A DNA stretch of 34,042 nt from NCBI GenBank assembly GCA_963712115.1, contig CAVQGX010000057.1:1-34042 (forward strand), given 5' to 3'. Shown piece by piece: positions 9,174 to 20,422 of the stretch. The notes below the pieces were generated by a model that ran no database searches, had not been told where the DNA came from, and was given only the letters and a program-made list of their open reading frames with translations. The position numbers and the translations under genes were made by a program. The stretch's first letter is position 1. Every line of letters begins with the position of its first letter. The DNA is from an uncultured delta proteobacterium (GTDB lineage: Bacteria; Desulfobacterota; Syntrophobacteria; BM002).

Positions 9174-10856
9174 CTAGGTATTTAATATCTTTTGGATAAT
9201 GGCTTTGGTTATGAGATAGGTCGGTCGTATTCCCTCGAGCCCCATAGGACCGGCGGCCAGCGTCTGCCCGCTCTTCAAAGGGTTATCCGAGGCATAGTAG
9301 GCATACCTGACTTTGACGTCCTTTGAAATGTGACCTCGAATAATTGCAGCGCCTATGGCGCGTTGGTAGTGGCCGCCTTCCATTTCCAAGCCTATTGCTT
9401 TCCAGCTCGTGGTCTGAAACTTCTCCAGGATGTCCCGATTCTGTAAGGAGGTACCCAATACCGTTACAATCGGCCCCACAAAAATGTCTACAGAATCATC
9501 AAAATCCTCCCTCCTCAGATCGTTATCCACCATATAGTTGTGAGCTGGGCCCTCAATGACGTGAGCTGTAGCGAGCATTATGTCGCCCTTTGTCCCAGGG
9601 AGTATGCCTGCTTTACCCATAATAGATATGGATTGAACATTGAGCGTTCTGCTTGAGCCATCCCTGTCCCAAGGTTGCAGCAGTTCATCCATCAACTCGA
9701 ACGCCTGATAGCCGAAAGCATAATCCATGACCAGAAGTACCGGCCTCTGTTTTACTACTTTATCAGTTTTGAGCTTGATTGCTGGGTGGAGGCCAACAGA
9801 CTTGAGTTTTGATGTGTCTATTATTTGGCAGTTTGTTTGTGCCCCACTTTCATCCACCATCTCGTAAAAACCGTGTTTACTGGCAAAGGTCTTAACCCGT
9901 TCTTCCTTGTCACTTAAGTGCTGGATAAAAGTGTAAAGATCTTTACTGGGCTCTTTTTCTTTCTTGTCTTTCACCGCTGCGTATCCGTAGATTAGATTGA
10001 GCACGCTGTGGAGGTTCGCACTGATTATATGTAGAGGACGATCCTGCAGCCCGAGAGCAGCCAATTTGCTTTTTATGGCAGCCGCCCATTTTTTTCCGTA
10101 GAGCTGATGCACGATTTGGTCGATCAGAGAGGGCCTGAAATAGACAACCAGGCGATCGTTTTCTTGAATTTCCTTTTCTATAAGATTGCGAAGACTGTAG
10201 ATTATTTGAAAAAGGCCGTTATTGCTCTTTAATTCATCCTTTGCTTTGTCTAAATAATCGTAAGTATCTTTGGTTTCGTGGTAGCTTCTGCCCAAAAGGA
10301 TGCTCAGGTTCCAGATCGCCTGCTCTAGATCCTCTTCTTTAAGCTCCTCTTCCCGGTGAACGTCTTTCTCGAACCGTAACCATTCTCTGATTGGCTTACC
10401 ATCCTCGTCCCTGGTCTTGCTGTGTATGTGTTTCGCTTCTATATAGAGAAAAGTGAGATGGGTCAAAATGTCATAGATTTCACTCATTCCCGTGCTGATT
10501 ACAAAACCCATCTCATTCTCACTCACGCGAAAAGACACTCTCCTTCTTTTTGGCGGACGAAGTTTTTCAAATGAAGTACCCTCGAGATCGTCCTTTACGG
10601 TCATGACGAAACGGTTGCACTGCTCAATCCCCCTTGGAAGCCTGTCCATGATGTATTCCAAGCCCTTCAACTCTATTCTCTTGGGGTCATTCATGCTGCC
10701 GTAAATTTCAGGGCTGAGCGTTCTTAAGGCCGCCTCCAGGGCCTGGCCGGATTGGCCAGCCATGCTGTAGTGCCCCCTCAGTAAGAGGGCATGGGCAATG
10801 ATTTGAAAGCTTCTGATTGCAACTCTTCCCTGATGAGCTCTACCCATATCATCCAT
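9174..10856 (-). CDS. Uncharacterised conserved protein (DUF6909-like) with a C-terminal nucleoside phosphorylase/AMP nucleosidase-like region
   Basis: 560 aa. It has PEIYG, PPKRRR, IYDILTHLTF and MDYAFG blocks. The C-terminal GKAG..GD, GLEMEG and ASDNP motifs resemble the PNP/UDP superfamily GxAG, EME and SD motifs. Confidence 0.7.
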   Translation of the reverse strand: MDDMGRAHQGRVAIRSFQIIAHALLLRGHYSMAGQSGQALEAALRTLSPEIYGSMNDPKRIELKGLEYIMDRLPRGIEQCNRFVMTVKDDLEGTSFEKLRPPKRRRVSFRVSENEMGFVISTGMSEIYDILTHLTFLYIEAKHIHSKTRDEDGKPIREWLRFEKDVHREEELKEEDLEQAIWNLSILLGRSYHETKDTYDYLDKAKDELKSNNGLFQIIYSLRNLIEKEIQENDRLVVYFRPSLIDQIVHQLYGKKWAAAIKSKLAALGLQDRPLHIISANLHSVLNLIYGYAAVKDKKEKEPSKDLYTFIQHLSDKEERVKTFASKHGFYEMVDESGAQTNCQIIDTSKLKSVGLHPAIKLKTDKVVKQRPVLLVMDYAFGYQAFELMDELLQPWDRDGSSRTLNVQSISIMGKAGILPGTKGDIMLATAHVIEGPAHNYMVDNDLRREDFDDSVDIFVGPIVTVLGTSLQNRDILEKFQTTSWKAIGLEMEGGHYQRAIGAAIIRGHISKDVKVRYAYYASDNPLKSGQTLAAGPMGLEGIRPTYLITKAIIQKILNT

Positions 10857-10904
10857 ATTCAGATCTCCATCGATTCTGTCAGGCTGTGAATCATGAAGCG
10901 ATAC

Positions 10905-10929
10905 GGGCGGGCCTAAAGCCCGCCCCTAC
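10905..10929 (-). repeat. GTAG-type REP-like palindrome between pfk and the DUF6909-like gene
   Basis: The minus strand reads GTAG-GGGCGGGC-TTTAG-GCCCGCCC: an 8-bp GC stem preceded by the GTAG tetranucleotide. Confidence 0.6.
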
Positions 10930-10969
10930 ATCTATAGCTCACTAATGAATGATTAGCTGCTTGCCCTGC

Positions 10970-12259
10970 TCACCGCATCTCCCTCGGCTGACCGGTGGAC
11001 GACAGCACACCGGTCCATATCTTGTCCTTTGGATCGATCCGCTTACCCTTGGAAACCGCAACAGAAATTGGCACGTGGGTAAACTCATCTCTCCAATAAC
11101 CCACAACCATATTGGTTCTACCTGCCATGGCTGCATGCACCGCGTTGTGACCTAGCATCAAACCAAAAGCCGAATCTGGTGGCGATGCGGGCTTACTCCT
11201 AATTGTGTAACTGGGGTCTATATATTTGAGTTCCATATCAATCCCAGCTCTACTGAAGTATTCCTTGATCTGCTCTTTGAGAAAAACACCTATGTCACCT
11301 AGGCGAATATTGCCTGAAGCGTCCCGCTCACCAGTCCCACCCATCAGATCCTGACCAGCTCCTTCAGCAACCACCACTACGGCATGGCGTCTCTTTTCCA
11401 GCCTCTCCCTCAGCGCTTGGAGGAAACCGTCCAAAGTGAAGCCCACCTCGGGCACTAGACAGAAATTGACGTCGCTGTTGGCGAGGGTGGCGTAAGCGGC
11501 GATAAACCCTGCATGACGCCCCATCAACTTCACCAACCCTATACCATTTCTTGCCCCTTGGGCTTCTGAGTGGGCTGAATAGATGGTTTCGGTCGCCTCG
11601 GACACAGCGGTCAGGAATCCAAAAGAACGCTGCACATAGGAAATATCATTATCTATGGTCTTGGGTATACCGATGACGCCGATCTTAAGGTTTCGTCTGC
11701 CAATCTCCTCGGAGACGGCTTGCGCTCCACGCAGGGTTCCGTCCCCACCGATGGTGAAGAGCATATTGACATTCATCCTCTCCAGGGTATCCACCATCTC
11801 AGAGACATCCTGAGGCCCTCGGGACGATCCCAGTATTGTTCCTCCCTGCTGATGGATATCCTGGACCAGCTCTGGGGTCAGTTCCAACGGTGTGTGGCCA
11901 TACTTGTACGAGAGCCCTTCAAACCCATAGCGGAAACCAAAGACCGTCCGCACCCCATAGTGGTGGAATAGGCTCAATACGACTGCCCGAATGACGTCGT
12001 TCAAACCCGGACAAAGGCCCCCACAGGTCACAATGCCGGCCTTGACTTTCGAAGGATCGAAGTAGATCTTCTCTCTCGGCCCAGCCATCTCAAAACATGG
12101 CGGCTGCTCATCCTTCTCGAGAAAGTCCGTAATTACGCTGCAATCTGCATGATAAAGTACATGTTTATTATCGTTTACAAACTGTACATACGACATGGGT
12201 GATGGTATACGGCACTGCCCCAGTCTCGAGATTGTTAGGTCCATATCATTTATGTCCAT
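10970..12259 (-). CDS. pfk: ATP-dependent 6-phosphofructokinase (group X/long type)
   Basis: GIVTCGGLCPGLNDVIR, GGTILGSSRG, GGDGT (Gly at the phosphoryl-donor position indicates ATP), PKTIDND, KLMGR, YIDPSYTIRS. Confidence 0.93.
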   Translation of the reverse strand: MDINDMDLTISRLGQCRIPSPMSYVQFVNDNKHVLYHADCSVITDFLEKDEQPPCFEMAGPREKIYFDPSKVKAGIVTCGGLCPGLNDVIRAVVLSLFHHYGVRTVFGFRYGFEGLSYKYGHTPLELTPELVQDIHQQGGTILGSSRGPQDVSEMVDTLERMNVNMLFTIGGDGTLRGAQAVSEEIGRRNLKIGVIGIPKTIDNDISYVQRSFGFLTAVSEATETIYSAHSEAQGARNGIGLVKLMGRHAGFIAAYATLANSDVNFCLVPEVGFTLDGFLQALRERLEKRRHAVVVVAEGAGQDLMGGTGERDASGNIRLGDIGVFLKEQIKEYFSRAGIDMELKYIDPSYTIRSKPASPPDSAFGLMLGHNAVHAAMAGRTNMVVGYWRDEFTHVPISVAVSKGKRIDPKDKIWTGVLSSTGQPREMR

Positions 12260-12284
12260 TTGGGTCTCCTAGGTTTTCTTGTCA

Positions 12285-12496
12285 TTGGAGTATGGAGTCT
12301 TAGAGGAATAGAAATTCCAAATCACAAGATCACAAATATCAAACAAATAACAATGACCAAAATTCAAGATTCCAAACATGTTTCGGTCATTGGATATTGG
12401 ACATTTGGGATCTGATTGTAATGTGGTGCTTGGAGTTTGGGACTTCATAAGTTCGCCATGCTGCACACTCTAGTACTTCAGTGCTCCAACACTCCA
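12285..12496. repeat. Nested inverted repeat: outer GGAGT/ACTCC 8-mer arms around an inner ~135-bp AAATTCCAAA...TTGGGACTTC foldback
   Basis: ttggagtatggagt | gaaattccaaatcacaag...tgaccaaa...ttcggtcattgg...ttggagtttgggacttc | ...ctccaacactcca. Confidence 0.75.
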
Positions 12497-14150
12497 TTTG
12501 CTTAAAGCTACCTGCGGCAAGAGCCTCATCTATAATCGCTTGTGCCTCTGCCTGAATCCTCCGCAAATGATCATGTCCTTTAAAGCTCTCAGCATAAAGT
12601 TTGTAAATATCCTCGGTACCAGATGGACGGGCGGCAAACCAACCATTCTCAGTTACAACTTTAAGCCCGCCAATGGGAGCGTCGTTGCCGGGCGCCCTGG
12701 TGAGCTTAGCAGTTATGGTTTCACCGGCGAGTTCTTCTGCTTTAACCATCTGGGGAGACAGGTTCTTGAGAACTTCCTTTTGCTGAGCCGTCGCTGGTGC
12801 GTCAATACGTTCATACAGCGGGCTGCCTAATTCATCTTCGAGATCTTTGTAGATCTCCGCCGGATCTCTGCCTCTTGCTGCCGTGATCTCGCAAGCAAGG
12901 AGGTCCATGATGATTCCATCTTTGTCAGTTGTCCAGACGGTGCCGTCTTTTCTCAAAAATGAGGCTCCGGCGCTTTCCTCGCCGCCAAAACCGTAAGTGC
13001 CATGGAGCAGTCCATCCACAAACCATTTGAAGCCTACCGGTACTTCGGAGAGCTTCCGTCCCAGTCTTGAACTCACCCGATCTATCATGGAACTGGAAAC
13101 CAGGGTCTTACCTACAGCTGCGTCTGTTTTCCAGCCAGGCCGATTTTGAAACAGGTACCATACCGCCACCGCAAGATAGTGGTTGGGATTCATCAGCCCA
13201 GCACCCCTGGTGACGATTCCATGGCGATCGCAATCCGCGTCATTACCGAAAGCGATGTCGAAGTTGTCTTTCAGTTGGATCAAACTTGCCATGGCATACT
13301 TTGAGGAGCAGTCCATCCTGATCTTGCCGTCCTTATCCACGGTCATGAAGGCAAAGGTCGGATCAACACTACGATTCACCACCTCGATGGAAAGGTTGTA
13401 CTTCTCGGCAATGGGATCCCAGAAGTTGACGGCCGACCCACCCAAGGGGTCCACACCTATCCTGATCCCCGCTTTGGCGATAACCTCCATATCGATGATA
13501 TTTATAAGATCCTCAACGTAGGGAGAGATGAAGTCATACTCCTTGGTGGTGTCAGCCTTTAGCGCTCTTTCAAAAGGCAGCCGTTTGACTTCCTTAAGTC
13601 CGCTAGCCAGAATTTCGTTAGCTCTCTTCTCGATAACCGTGGTGGTTTGAGTATCCGCAGGTCCACCCTCGGGGGGGTTGTACTTGAAGCCGCCGTCCGC
13701 AGGCGGGTTGTGGGAAGGGGTGATGACAACACCATCGGCGAGTCCCTCTTCTTTGCTGCGGTTGTAAGCCAAGATGGCGTGGGAAATAACCGGGGTTGGC
13801 GTATAGCCAAAATCCTTCTGGATCATCACTCTCACCCCGTTCGCAGCAAAGACCTCGAGTCCGCTAGCCAATGCCGGCTCGGAAAGAGCATGGGTGTCCA
13901 TTCCCATAAAAAGGGGACCGGTGATGCCTTTCCCTTTCCGGTGTTCACAGATGGCCTGGCTGATTGCCAGCACGTGGTTTTCGTTGAAGCTGTTTCGTAA
14001 AGCAGAGCCCCGGTGGCCCGAGGTGCCGAAGGAAACTCGCTGCTCGGGCTCCGAGACATCAGGCTTATGCGTGTAGTAGGCTGAAACCAGCCTGGGAATA
14101 TTTTCGAGCAGAGATCTGGGAGCCGGTTTACCAGCAAGTTCGTGCACCAC
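12387..14150 (-). CDS. pgm: Phosphoglucomutase (alpha-D-glucose-1,6-bisphosphate-dependent); the C-terminus runs about 35-40 aa into a repeat element
   Basis: [50 protein letters not shown]. Confidence 0.97.
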   Translation of the reverse strand: MVHELAGKPAPRSLLENIPRLVSAYYTHKPDVSEPEQRVSFGTSGHRGSALRNSFNENHVLAISQAICEHRKGKGITGPLFMGMDTHALSEPALASGLEVFAANGVRVMIQKDFGYTPTPVISHAILAYNRSKEEGLADGVVITPSHNPPADGGFKYNPPEGGPADTQTTTVIEKRANEILASGLKEVKRLPFERALKADTTKEYDFISPYVEDLINIIDMEVIAKAGIRIGVDPLGGSAVNFWDPIAEKYNLSIEVVNRSVDPTFAFMTVDKDGKIRMDCSSKYAMASLIQLKDNFDIAFGNDADCDRHGIVTRGAGLMNPNHYLAVAVWYLFQNRPGWKTDAAVGKTLVSSSMIDRVSSRLGRKLSEVPVGFKWFVDGLLHGTYGFGGEESAGASFLRKDGTVWTTDKDGIIMDLLACEITAARGRDPAEIYKDLEDELGSPLYERIDAPATAQQKEVLKNLSPQMVKAEELAGETITAKLTRAPGNDAPIGGLKVVTENGWFAARPSGTEDIYKLYAESFKGHDHLRRIQAEAQAIIDEALAAGSFKQMECWSTEVLECAAWRTYEVPNSKHHITIRSQMSNIQ

Positions 14151-14180
14151 TATTCTTATCCTCTCAAGAAACGCAGAGCG

Positions 14181-14567
14181 TTAAGTCAAAGCGTTCAAGA
14201 CGTTCAAATCGTTGAAGACGTAGAAATCGTCAATTCGTTAATTGGTTGATTAGTCAATTCGTTGAAGCCGTCAAATAGTAAATGGTGAACGGTAAGCGGT
14301 AAACGGTATTTCTTATTTCTGATCTCACATCCCACATCTCACATCCCAAATTCGAAATCGAAATCCGCAATTCGAAATATACCCGCTGATCTCTGATCTC
14401 CGACCTCTGATCTCTGCCTCCTGCCAGCTGCCCTCTGTTGTCTGTCTTCTGACCTCTTACTCTATGCTCTATGCCCTATGCCCTTTGCCCCATGCCCTAT
14501 GCCGTAACTGACGCCGAAGGCAAATGACCATAAATGACGGGCTGAAAGCCCCAATGACAGCGGAGCG
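14181..14567. repeat. Composite modular repeat element (9-mer, 8-mer and several 7-mer modules, plus mini-hairpins)
   Basis: cgttcaaga/cgttcaaat; gtcaattc; gtgaacg/gtaaacg; ctcacat; ttcgaaa; ctctgat; ccctatg; tgacgccgaaggcaaatgac. Confidence 0.8.
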
Positions 14568-14569
14568 TT

Positions 14570-16174
14570 CTACGACGGTCCTGCACCGCGGATTTCTTCG
14601 GAGACGTCTTCAGCAAACTGCTTGAAGTTCTCCGCAAACATGGAGGCCAGTTTTTTCGCCTGTTCGTCGTAACCCGCCTTGTCCTTCCAGGTGTTCCGTG
14701 GTTGAAGTACCTCGGAGGGTACATCAGGGCAGGTCTCGGGCACCTCGATCCCAAAGAAAGGATCCTTGGTCCTCGGAATTTCTTCCAGGGTGCCATTCAA
14801 CACCGCGCTCACCATAGCGCGAGTGTAAGGTAGTTTGATTCGTTTCCCGGTTCCGTAGGGACCGCCGCTCCAGCCGGTGTTGATAAGCCACACTGAGGCG
14901 TTGTGCTTTGCTATCTTCTCACCCAAGAGATCCGCATATACCACTGGATTTAGGGCCATGAATGGAGCACCAAAGCAGGCACTAAACGTAGCCTGCGGCT
15001 CTTTTATACCCCTTTCAGTCCCGGCCACTTTAGCGGTGTAACCGGAAAGAAAGTGATACATTGCCTGTTCCGGTGTCAGTTTTGCTACAGGCGGCAACAC
15101 CCCGAAGGCATCTGCTGTAAGAAACAGTATTTGTTTAGGATGACCGGCCTGCCCATCCCGTGCGGCATTGGGGATGTGAGAGATCGGGTATGATGCCCGG
15201 GTATTCTCTGTGAAGGCATCGCTGTCCAGGTCGAGACGCCTGCTAGCCGAATTTATGGCGACATTCTCCAGAATTGTGCCGAACCGCCGGGTGGTTTCGT
15301 AAATCTCAGGCTCAGCCTCGGGGGATAACCTGATTACCTTTGCGTAACAGCCCCCTTCGAAGTTAAACACTCCTTCTTCGCTCCAGCCATGCTCATCGTC
15401 GCCGATAAGAGTTCGATCCGGATCAGCCGAAAGGGTGGTCTTGCCCGTACCCGAAAGGCCGAAAAACAGGGCAACATCATCTTGGCTTTTACCGTAGTTG
15501 GCTGAGCAGTGCATGGGCAAAACTTTCTGTTCCGGCAGTATGTATGTCATCACTGTCAGCATGGTCTTTTTCATCTCACCAGCATAGTGACTACCTGCGA
15601 CGAACGCTTCCATTCGCCCCAGATTGAGCAGGACCACGACCTCAGAATTCGTGCCGTCTTCCTCGGGGTTGGCATTGAAGCCCGCAGCATCGAGAATAGT
15701 GAATTTAGGTTGGTGTTGGGCCAGCTCGAGTGGATCCAGTTCCCGCACAAACATGTTGCGGGCAAAAAGATTGTGCCAGGCCTTCTCGGTAATCACTCTA
15801 ATGGGAAGCCTATACTTCGGGTCTGTACCTACGTAACAGTCCTGGACATAAAGATCTTTTCCCTCGAGATAGGCCAGGATGCGAGCCCGTAATGCTTCAT
15901 AACGCTCGGGGCTGAAAGGCCGATTGACCTCACCCCAGTAAATCTTGTCCTGGCTAGATGGCTCTCGAACGAGGTACTTGTCGTTGGGGGAACGGCCCGT
16001 GTACTGACCGGTCCGAACCACAAGTGGTCCGAGATGGGACATGAGTCCTTCATGCCGTTGAAGGGCGTGTTCATATAGGGCGGGACTCGATAAGTTCCAC
16101 CATATGGTATTGGCATTGGTTATTCCAAAGTCCTCTAAACCATGTAGACTCCTCACTAGACCTTGATCTTGCAT
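14570..16174 (-). CDS. pckA: Phosphoenolpyruvate carboxykinase (ATP)
   Basis: [59 protein letters not shown]. The start is probably ATG 16174 (GGAGG RBS); the ORF track gives 16186. Confidence 0.97.
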   Translation of the reverse strand: MQDQGLVRSLHGLEDFGITNANTIWWNLSSPALYEHALQRHEGLMSHLGPLVVRTGQYTGRSPNDKYLVREPSSQDKIYWGEVNRPFSPERYEALRARILAYLEGKDLYVQDCYVGTDPKYRLPIRVITEKAWHNLFARNMFVRELDPLELAQHQPKFTILDAAGFNANPEEDGTNSEVVVLLNLGRMEAFVAGSHYAGEMKKTMLTVMTYILPEQKVLPMHCSANYGKSQDDVALFFGLSGTGKTTLSADPDRTLIGDDEHGWSEEGVFNFEGGCYAKVIRLSPEAEPEIYETTRRFGTILENVAINSASRRLDLDSDAFTENTRASYPISHIPNAARDGQAGHPKQILFLTADAFGVLPPVAKLTPEQAMYHFLSGYTAKVAGTERGIKEPQATFSACFGAPFMALNPVVYADLLGEKIAKHNASVWLINTGWSGGPYGTGKRIKLPYTRAMVSAVLNGTLEEIPRTKDPFFGIEVPETCPDVPSEVLQPRNTWKDKAGYDEQAKKLASMFAENFKQFAEDVSEEIRGAGPS

Positions 16175-16187
16175 TTTAACCTCCATA

Positions 16188-16267
16188 CGATTTTATGATT
16201 TCGGATTGCGGATTGCGGAATTTCGTGTTTTCAATTTTCCTAATCCTCAATCTTAAATCTAAAATCG
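16188..16267. repeat. 7-mer inverted repeat array (GATTGCG / CAATCTT-like)
   Basis: cgattttatgatttcggattgcggattgcggaatt ... aattttcctaatcctcaatcttaaatctaaaatcg. Confidence 0.7.
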
Positions 16268-16275
16268 TTAAAACT

Positions 16276-17308
16276 TTAAGCATCAAATAGCGTCATACCA
16301 GTTGCTCTCAAGTCTTTCACCGCCTGCTTTACCCGCTCAGCCATGGCTTCTTCCGCCATTTTCATATAGACGCGAGGGTCATATGTCTTCTTGTTGCCCA
16401 CTTCCCCATCAACCTTGAGAACACCATCGTAGTTCTTCAGCATGTGGTCTGCTATTGGACGAGTGAAAGCATATTGGGTATCTGTGTCGATATTCATCTT
16501 CACCACACCGTAATCAACTGCCTCTCTAATCTCATCAAGGGAGGAACCCGACCCTCCATGGAATACCAGATAAAATAATCCTTCCTTACCATATTCCTCT
16601 AACAGAGCATCCTGGCCATCCTTCAGGATTGAGGGCTTGAGTCGGACATGACCCGGCTTGTAAACCCCGTGGACATTACCGAACGTTGCAGCCACCAAAT
16701 AACGTGCACCTTTTACCTCATTCATCCTGCGAGCTGCTTCGAGCATATCTTCAGGTGTTGTATAGAGCTTTTCTGCCGGCCCCTCTGCCGTGACGCCATC
16801 CTCCTCACCCCCAACAACTCCCACCTCGATTTCGAGAATCAGCTCATTCTTGTGGCAACGCTCCAGAAGAGGAACAGAGATATCCAGGTTTTCCTTTAAG
16901 GGAAGTGCACTGCCATCAAACATGTGACTGTTGAACAAATTACCCTGACTAGCCGCCCTGCGTCTTTCTGTCTCTTCTATTAAAGGGATCATGAAGCTAT
17001 CGAGCTTATCCGCCGGACAGTGGTCCGTGTGCAAAGCAACGTAGATATCGTATCTTTCGGCAGCACGGTGGACGTGCTCGGCAATTGAAATGGCCCCTAG
17101 GGCCATGTCCTTGACCGACTGAACCCGAAGCGAAAGCACCACCCCCGGTGGAAACCTGAATGAAGCCGTCGCTCCTGCTCTCGGCCAGACCTTTCAAGAC
17201 AGCGTTTGCTGTAGTAAGAGAGGTGACATTAATGGCGGGGTAGGCGAACTTTTTATCTCGCGCCCTATCCAACATTTTGCAATAGGTCTTATAGTCAGCA
17301 ACTGGCAT
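16276..17308 (-). CDS. fbaA: Class II fructose-bisphosphate aldolase, split by one extra base near 17122
   Basis: The N-terminal frame MPVADYKTY...FAYPAINVTS...IQVSTGGGAFASG joins QSVKDMALGA...HTDHC...VVGGEEDG...FGNVHG...FHGGSGS...KMNIDTD if one T is removed from GGT-T-CAG. Confidence 0.93.
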
Positions 17309-17388
17309 AATAGAGAGCCTTCCTTTCAACCTCCAGCCTCTAAACTTGGATCGAAGCAGAGGCAAACTTCACGTGGACAAAAACGCTT

Positions 17389-17417
17389 GATGGAGCAATG
17401 GAGTACTGGAGCGATTG
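17389..17417. repeat. Solo half of the GGAGTA 8-mer repeat
   Basis: gatggagcaatggagtactggagcgattg, with no complementary arm nearby. Confidence 0.55.
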
Positions 17418-17423
17418 CCTCGT

Positions 17424-18740
<1,317 letters not shown>

Positions 18741-18858
18741 TCACCATCCTTTCTTGAAAATTGGAAATAAGTACAAATATACTGGTTTGTTCAATTCATC
18801 TAGCTTATTGGATATTGGGATTAATTAGGGTTAAATCTTTCGTCGCGATAAAAAATAA

Positions 18859-18886
18859 ATTGTAATAATTTTTTCCGACAAATCAA
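18859..18886 (-). promoter_or_regulatory. Candidate sigma70 promoter for the eno-led operon
   Basis: Minus strand TTGATT-N16-TACAAT in an AT-rich divergent spacer. Confidence 0.35.
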
Positions 18887-18999
18887 GCTAAGTCAACCGT
18901 ATGAAATCAAGCGGAGCTTCAAATGGGTGCCATAGCCCGAGACAGCTTAGATCATCCCTGCCGCCACGTCAAATACAGAGAATATCCAAACCGCCCTGG

Positions 19000-19028
19000 T
19001 TGGCAATTGCACAATAGGGTCTTATAAT
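19000..19028 (+). promoter_or_regulatory. Candidate sigma70 promoter for apgM
   Basis: TTGGCA-N17-TATAAT, ending 57 nt before the ATG. Confidence 0.55.
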
Positions 19029-19085
19029 GACACATTGAGGTTCAAGCTACGATTTAATTGACCACAAATTAATAGGGGAATCGTT

Positions 19086-20306
19086 ATGGATCTGGATTTG
19101 CTTTCTTCGTTGGCTATTGAGAACGATACTAAAGTCGTTTTGGTAGTCCTGGACGGGGTGGGAGGTCTGGCGGGACCTAATGGCAAGACCTCTTTGGAGG
19201 CAGCCGAAACCCCGAATCTGGACGGGCTCGCGCGGTCCTCCATTTGCGGTTTTCATGATCCTCTAGGTCCGGGACTTACCCCTGGCTCCGGACCTGCACA
19301 TATCGGGCTTTTCGGCTACGACCCATTTCGCTATTTGATCGGGCGGGGCGTGCTGGATACGGCCGGTACACCCTTCGTGTTCGAACCGGGTGACATGGCC
19401 AGTCGCCTAAACTTCGCCACTTTGGCAGCCGACGGCACCATTGCCGACCGGCGGGCAGGAAGAATACCCGACGAGGAAGGCAAACGGGTGACCGAGTTGC
19501 TTGCCCAAAACATAAAAGAAATAGATGGAGTCCAGGTCTTGATGCAGCATGTCAAAGAATACCGGGCTGCGGCGATTTTCCGGGGAAAGAAACTGGACGG
19601 CCGCCTATGCGACAGCGATCCCCAACAGGTTGGCCACAAGCCACTACAAGTTGAACCCACCGAGAAAAACCCCACTGCCGAGGCCAAGGAAGCTGCAGGT
19701 CTCGCCAACAAGTTTATCGCCCAGGCAAAAGAAATACTAGCAGATGAACAGAAGGCTAACTTCGTCATGATGCGCGGTTTTGATATTTATGAGCCCCTGC
19801 CTAACTTCTGCGAACTTTACAAGTGGCGGGCTTGCGCGGTAGCCGCCTACCCCATGTACAAGGGAGTGTCTAAGCTGGCCGGCATGCGGGTGATCGAGGA
19901 AGGACAGTCTACCATTGAGGAAGAAATTGAGCTGGTGGAGCGTGAACTTCCCAACACTGACTTCCTCTTTCTCCATATTAAGAAAGCAGATTCCATGGGG
20001 GAAGACGGCAACTTTGACGGAAAAGTGGAGGTGATAGAACATTTCGACCGGTTACTGCCCCGCCTTGTGGATCTAAAACCTGATGTTCTCTGTATCACCG
20101 GCGACCACTGCACCCCTTGCAGTCTCAAAAGCCACTCCTGGCATCCGGTGCCCATCTGTATTGCCGCAGAAACTGTAAGGACTGACAGTTGCCAAACTTT
20201 CGGGGAGACGTCCTTTCTAACCGGAGGGCTGGGCCGTATTCACAGCACAGATGTGATGCCACTGCTTCTGGCCCATGGGGGACGATTGATGAAATACGGT
20301 GCTTAA
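19086..20306 (+). CDS. apgM: 2,3-bisphosphoglycerate-independent phosphoglycerate mutase, archaeal (ApgM) type
   Basis: VLDGVGG, LEAAETPNLD, TPGSGPAH, GRGVL, DRRAGRI, YPMYKG, HIKKADSMGEDG, TGDHCTP, HSWHPVP. Confidence 0.93.
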   Translation: MDLDLLSSLAIENDTKVVLVVLDGVGGLAGPNGKTSLEAAETPNLDGLARSSICGFHDPLGPGLTPGSGPAHIGLFGYDPFRYLIGRGVLDTAGTPFVFEPGDMASRLNFATLAADGTIADRRAGRIPDEEGKRVTELLAQNIKEIDGVQVLMQHVKEYRAAAIFRGKKLDGRLCDSDPQQVGHKPLQVEPTEKNPTAEAKEAAGLANKFIAQAKEILADEQKANFVMMRGFDIYEPLPNFCELYKWRACAVAAYPMYKGVSKLAGMRVIEEGQSTIEEEIELVERELPNTDFLFLHIKKADSMGEDGNFDGKVEVIEHFDRLLPRLVDLKPDVLCITGDHCTPCSLKSHSWHPVPICIAAETVRTDSCQTFGETSFLTGGLGRIHSTDVMPLLLAHGGRLMKYGA

Positions 20307-20330
20307 GCCAAGGTATAGGTTGGAGTTTCT

Positions 20331-20410
20331 ACCACGAAGGGCACAAAGAACACGAAGTTCATTATCAAATATATGTATTGTCTTTGTGCACTTTGTGATC
20401 TTTGTGGTTT
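20331..20410. repeat. 9-mer inverted repeat hairpin between convergent apgM and the oxidoreductase; may act as a terminator
   Basis: accacgaagggcacaaagaacacgaag ... ctttgtgcactttgtgatctttgtggt. Confidence 0.75.
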
Positions 20411-20422
20411 AAAAAGTACGAT

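Noticed and set aside
8586-9185. 199-aa plus-strand ORF
   Set aside because: It is an antisense shadow of the SLC13 permease.
10970-12259. PPi-dependent phosphofructokinase
   Set aside because: It has GGDG rather than GGDD at the donor-specificity position, indicating ATP use.
14181-14567. Repeat arrays as a CRISPR array
   Set aside because: There is no constant 23-47-nt repeat with unique spacers and no cas genes; the units are 7-9 nt and degenerate.
17100-17140. Programmed ribosomal frameshift in fbaA (and the other three split genes)
   Set aside because: There is no slippery heptamer or stimulatory structure at the junctions, and four same-direction events in unrelated genes favour sequence error.
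18915-18935. TGGCAC as a sigma54 site on the minus strand in the eno/apgM spacer (also near 30820)
   Set aside because: It lacks the GC at the required GG-N10-GC spacing.
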